From Candidatus Subterrananammoxibius californiae (GTDB lineage: Bacteria; Planctomycetota; Brocadiia; Brocadiales; Subterrananammoxibiaceae): DNA of 64,000 bases. Position numbers and translations under genes: made by a program. The notes beneath the pieces are model-generated. The model searched no databases and had not been told where the DNA came from. It was given only the letters and a program-made list of their open reading frames with translations. The DNA lies in assembly GCA_030586555.1 (NCBI GenBank), contig JAURAC010000002.1:110087-174086 (forward strand). The letters run 5' to 3'. This document shows positions 60,468 to 64,000 of the stretch, one piece after another (positions within the stretch are counted from its first letter, which is position 1; the number at the start of each line of letters is the position of its first letter).

Positions 60468-60968
60468 TTACCGTTTGAATAAATCGGTAAGGATTGGCTT
60501 TCTTTCAGTCTCCGATAAGGCTCGGAGTCCTTTGGCGTTAGTTATTTCATCAATGACCTCAAGCACAGCCGAATGTACAGCCCCCTGAAACATCAGGGCA
60601 GTGTCTATTTGGTAATAAGTATCGGGACGAAAGAACCGTACAAATAATCTGCCGAGAATAGGAATTAATAGAATTAATCGCCAGAAAAACCCTACTGATT
60701 CACCTAACCACCAGGAGAAAAAGAATCCACTGCCAAAGGGGGCTGCACAAACATCGAAGATATGCTCTTTACGGCGGACTCGGAGATATTCCCTCTTAGC
60801 CGAGAATACACCACCCTCTCGATAGTCTAATCGAGATAGGTCTATATTGGGAATCTGTCGGCGTTTGATAGCCTCTTCAAGGGATGCATAAAACTGTTGT
60901 GGGGATTCCTGTAAGCCCTCTATGAGCTTATTCCAGTGAGAGAGTAACAGAGAAACTTTCCTTGCCAT
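60468..60968 (-). CDS. Hypothetical membrane protein co-oriented with the ATPase
   Basis: SD AGGAG, one hydrophobic segment, 12-bp gap to the ATPase gene. Confidence 0.75.
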   Translation of the reverse strand: MARKVSLLLSHWNKLIEGLQESPQQFYASLEEAIKRRQIPNIDLSRLDYREGGVFSAKREYLRVRRKEHIFDVCAAPFGSGFFFSWWLGESVGFFWRLILLIPILGRLFVRFFRPDTYYQIDTALMFQGAVHSAVLEVIDEITNAKGLRALSETERKPILTDLFKR

Positions 60969-61100
60969 CTTTTTTTCTCCTTTTGGTTGAGGGCTAAATT
61001 ATATCCACACAGATAAGGTAACGTCAAGAAAAATTTCCCTATTTTTTACGTATTTTGTTTGGCGTAATGTTTTGGACTCATAGAAAAACCCACTTCTATT

Positions 61101-61128
61101 AAAGAAAGCCAACCATTGCGGTTGGCTT
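61101..61128 (-). terminator. Rho-independent terminator after vapC
   Basis: AAGCCAACC-N5-GGTTGGCTT followed by TCTTT. Confidence 0.65.
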
Positions 61129-61137
61129 AAGTTTTGT

Positions 61138-61539
61138 CTATGAACGGGAAATGATACTTAAATCTTTTACCATTTTGAAATGTTTCCGATTGTTGGTGAG
61201 AAGTGGCAAACCGTGATAAAGGCAGGTAGAAGCAATTAAGAGATCGAAATCACCTATCAATTCTTTCTCCTGTCTCATTCTACCACGCTCTTTACCGAAA
61301 ACCTTACATATCTCCTCGTCAATTCCTAATATTGATACGTCAGTCAAGAAATCATCCAAGCCTCTTTCGTTTTCTGCAGGCTTTGTTGAATAATAAATAC
61401 CTTCGTAAAGTTCTGCCAAAGAGATAATGCTAATAGCCAGCCCCTCTTTTTTTAAAGTTGCCAACCTTTCAACAATTTCTTTATGACCATTCAGATAATG
61501 AATGGCCCAGTCCGTATCAATAAGGTAAGATGGCTTCAT
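61138..61539 (-). CDS. vapC: VapC/PIN toxin
   Basis: YLIDTD, AELYEG, DLLIA, TNN.KHF. Confidence 0.92.
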   Translation of the reverse strand: MKPSYLIDTDWAIHYLNGHKEIVERLATLKKEGLAISIISLAELYEGIYYSTKPAENERGLDDFLTDVSILGIDEEICKVFGKERGRMRQEKELIGDFDLLIASTCLYHGLPLLTNNRKHFKMVKDLSIISRS

Positions 61540-61772
61540 AGCTTTGGCACCTTTCTGGTAGAGATGAGACGGTCCTGATAAATATCTCTTATTAACTTTT
61601 CAGCATCAATAGTGCCCTTCCATGAACCGGCTGCTCTTTCGAAGGCACCCTCTTTTGAAACTGAAGGAATCTCCATAATTGTAACTGTAATTTCCTTCCC
61701 TTCTGTTATATCAACCTTCTCTAAGGGCTTTATTACTCCCTCAGAAAATCTTGCTCTAATCGTTCCTCCCAT
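61536..61772 (-). CDS. DUF104/AF2212-like antitoxin
   Basis: IRARF..GVIKPLEKV...EG. Confidence 0.85.
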   Translation of the reverse strand: MGGTIRARFSEGVIKPLEKVDITEGKEITVTIMEIPSVSKEGAFERAAGSWKGTIDAEKLIRDIYQDRLISTRKVPKL

Positions 61773-61897
61773 TTTAGACCTCCTTCTTTTAATTATTGTT
61801 GAATTATACCCTTTCATAGACCGTTATTTTGTACTATTTCTTACCTCTACTTTTAGTTTATAGAAGTATGTGAAGTTTGTCAACAACAAGTATCCAC

Positions 61898-61975
61898 CTA
61901 TAACGTTTTGGAAAATCCGCCTTCCTTGATTACACCACTGACAATAACATTGGTATCAAGGACAGCCCTAAGCAT
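61898..61975 (-). pseudogene. Truncated PIN toxin (N-terminal 25 aa)
   Basis: MLRAVLDTNVIVSG...* overlapping the upstream antitoxin-like ORF. Confidence 0.65.
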
Positions 61976-62114
61976 GACCTTTCCTTACGGCTCTAACCGC
62001 CTCATTGACTTCTTTTTCAATCTTTTCTTCTGAAGTGTCGCTGGTTTTAGTCCAGACCTCACTAAGCATGGAAAGAAGACCATCCTTTTTCTGCCGCATC
62101 TTTTCCTTATTCAT
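61968..62114 (-). CDS. Small antitoxin-like protein or fragment
   Basis: EEKIEKEVNEAVRAVR; overlaps the PIN remnant. Confidence 0.5.
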   Translation of the reverse strand: MNKEKMRQKKDGLLSMLSEVWTKTSDTSEEKIEKEVNEAVRAVRKGHA

Positions 62115-62152
62115 CGTGTCTTCCGATTTTCCCCACCTGCTTAATACCCACA

Positions 62153-62425
62153 TTATTTCCCCCTTTCTCTTTTTTCAGCATCTTCTATTTGACGCTCAAG
62201 CTCCTCAGGCGGAAAGTTTGCCATTGGTATGTTATGCTCAGTCATTAAATCAAGAATTTCATACCGGCTTATCCCTAAAAGCTCAGCTGCTTTTCCCTGG
62301 GATATCTTTCCCTTCCGTAAAAGCTCTAGAACAAACGTTTCTTTTCCTTTTCTTGCAGCCTCTTTATCAAGCATGCCTTCTTTTGGCAAATCAACAGGAA
62401 ATTCCAAAACCATCTTTTTTGGCAT
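62153..62425 (-). CDS. UPF0175 family antitoxin-like protein (orphan)
   Basis: GKISQGKAAELLGISR. Confidence 0.8.
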   Translation of the reverse strand: MPKKMVLEFPVDLPKEGMLDKEAARKGKETFVLELLRKGKISQGKAAELLGISRYEILDLMTEHNIPMANFPPEELERQIEDAEKRERGK

Positions 62426-62686
62426 TGTTGCACCCCTTTCTTTAGTTGTTGACTTATCCCTTCTCATGGACTCTGTATTTTATCCTTCTTATATCCACTT
62501 TCAGTTTATAGGAGTCTGGAAAGGATGTCAAGGACGTAGCCATAACAACTTTTGATGGCATTTACCTCACCATTACTCTTAAGACTTTAACCGCAAGCTT
62601 TAGTTTTTCGGCATACATTTCCTTTACGAATCATTCAACGCTTCTTCTCGCTCTTTTTAGAAAACTCCCATCTTTCCCATATCTAC

Positions 62687-62788
62687 ACAAAAATTATTGA
62701 TGCCCACAGCGGAAAAATCTGGGCCGAGTCTTCAGGTGAAGGAACGGGAAGCACATTTTATGTGAAAATTCCGAGGATGAAAAATTAA
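62687..62788 (+). pseudogene. C-terminal fragment of a histidine kinase ATPase domain
   Basis: KIIDAHSGKIWAESSGEGTGSTFYVKIP*. Confidence 0.7.
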
Positions 62789-62826
62789 ACATTACTTCCA
62801 CCTTTACAAAAATAACATAATAAGCT

Positions 62827-63540
62827 TTACCCTCCTAAATATACCTGTTTTATTCTTTCTTCTTTGATAAGCTCTTCTTTTTTGCCTTGAAGGACAATCG
62901 TACCAATATTAAAAACATATCCCCTATGACATATATCGAGGGCTTTTTTGGCATTCTGTTCCACTACTAAAATACTTGTTCCATTTTTATTAATCTCTAT
63001 TAACTTTTCAAAGACTGCTTCTACAAAGTTAGGCGAAAGCCCTAAGGATGGCTCGTCTAATAATAAAAGAGACGGTTTAAGCATTAAAGCCCGGCCTATG
63101 GCAAGCATTTGCTGTTCCCCACCAGAAAGGGTTCCTGCTTTTTGGTACAATCGTTCTTTGAGTATTGGAAAAAGATGAAACATCTTATCTATATCTTCCT
63201 TTACACCTTGTTTGTCTGTTCTTATGAAAGCGCCCATCTCCAGATTCTCTATAACAGTCATGGATGGAAAAAGCCTTCTTCCTTCAGGCACAAGACATAA
63301 ACCCTTATTAACCAATACATCAGTATTCAACCCCTTAATATTTGCACCATTAAATTTAATTTCTCCGCTTTTGGGTTGGATAAGTCCAGTAACAGCTTTT
63401 AATGCTGTAGACTTCCCCGCACCATTAGGGCCTACCATTGCCACAATTTCGTTGCTGTCTACATAAAAGCTTGCATCCTCTAAGGCCCTTACTGTTCCGT
63501 AGTAAACAGATAGATTTTTTACTTCAAGAAGGTGATTCAT
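62827..63540 (-). CDS. livF: Branched-chain amino acid ABC transporter ATPase
   Basis: GPNGAGKS, LSGGEQQM, DEPSLGL. Confidence 0.93.
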   Translation of the reverse strand: MNHLLEVKNLSVYYGTVRALEDASFYVDSNEIVAMVGPNGAGKSTALKAVTGLIQPKSGEIKFNGANIKGLNTDVLVNKGLCLVPEGRRLFPSMTVIENLEMGAFIRTDKQGVKEDIDKMFHLFPILKERLYQKAGTLSGGEQQMLAIGRALMLKPSLLLLDEPSLGLSPNFVEAVFEKLIEINKNGTSILVVEQNAKKALDICHRGYVFNIGTIVLQGKKEELIKEERIKQVYLGG

Positions 63541-63541
63541 A

Positions 63542-64000
63542 CTATTTCTTCATGCCGAGATAGGCTTCCTGGACATTTTGATCTTCACTGACATCCTGGG
63601 GTTTTCCCTCAGCTATTTTCTTACCGTAGTCTAACACAATAATCTTTTCAGCAATACCCATGACCACATTCATGTCATGTTCAATGAAAAGAACGGTTTT
63701 CCCTGCCTCTTTGAGATTCTTAATAGTATCCAGCATTTGCCTTCTCATTTCAGGGAAAAGACCTGCCGTGGGTTCGTCAAGAAGAAGAATTTGAGGATCC
63801 AGAGCCAATGCCCTTACTATTTCAAGAAGCCTTCTCTGACCGTGAGAGAGGTTTTCTGCCAGCTCATCCCTTTTGTTAACCAAGCCGACAAGATTAAGTA
63901 ATGCTTCTGCCTTTTCTATGTTTCTTCTATCTTCAGCCTTCATAACCTTAGTCTGAAACAGGGCAGAGAAGAACCCTTCACCCTTCTCATACTTTAAGGC
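63542..64000 (-). CDS. livG: Branched-chain amino acid ABC transporter ATPase (5'-truncated by window)
   Basis: LSHGQRR, DEPTAG, IEHDM, EAYLG. Confidence 0.9.
   Translation of the reverse strand, partial: ALKYEKGEGFFSALFQTKVMKAEDRRNIEKAEALLNLVGLVNKRDELAENLSHGQRRLLEIVRALALDPQILLLDEPTAGLFPEMRRQMLDTIKNLKEAGKTVLFIEHDMNVVMGIAEKIIVLDYGKKIAEGKPQDVSEDQNVQEAYLGMKK

Noticed and set aside
1..64000. CRISPR array
   Set aside because: No run of equal-length direct repeats with unique spacers; the repeats seen are heptamer arrays or dispersed palindromes, and there are no cas genes

Overview
Bacterial chromosome segment, very likely Planctomycetota (it carries the PVC-superphylum small basic protein; a Brocadiia-like origin is only my inference). 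The left ~15 kb is a minus-strand housekeeping super-operon: tRNA-Gln, half-GlmU, prs, rplY, pth, rpsF, ssb, rpsR, rplI, dnaB, bamA, skp, lpxC, lpxA, a GnnA-like oxidoreductase and a radical SAM/SPASM gene, with ilvD upstream. Next come a DUF523/DedA/AmmeMemoRadiSam cluster with signal peptides, regulators (ECF sigma, Fur/PerR, sigma54 activator), a sigma54-driven secreted metalloprotease pair, cbiG/cobJ, fprA, murC-like/trmD/rpsP/ffh, a type I R-M locus loaded with cargo genes and a RAYT, and murA-prmC-prfA-rpmE. At the right is one end of an element integrated in tRNA-His. The strongest candidates for new biology are: (1) a 1121-aa protein next to the integrase that fuses a VirD4/HerA-type ATPase, a wHTH + PD-(D/E)xK-like module and an excisionase HTH; (2) a recurring 'full gene - TA/defence cargo - diverged old 3' tail' layout at rpsP, fprA, hsdM (three tails) and possibly tRNA-Val; (3) a secreted Memo/AmrB pseudo-enzyme plus enzyme pair; (4) several families of short palindromes and heptamer arrays, some in-frame inside proteins. 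All calls come from reading the sequence; no database search was run.
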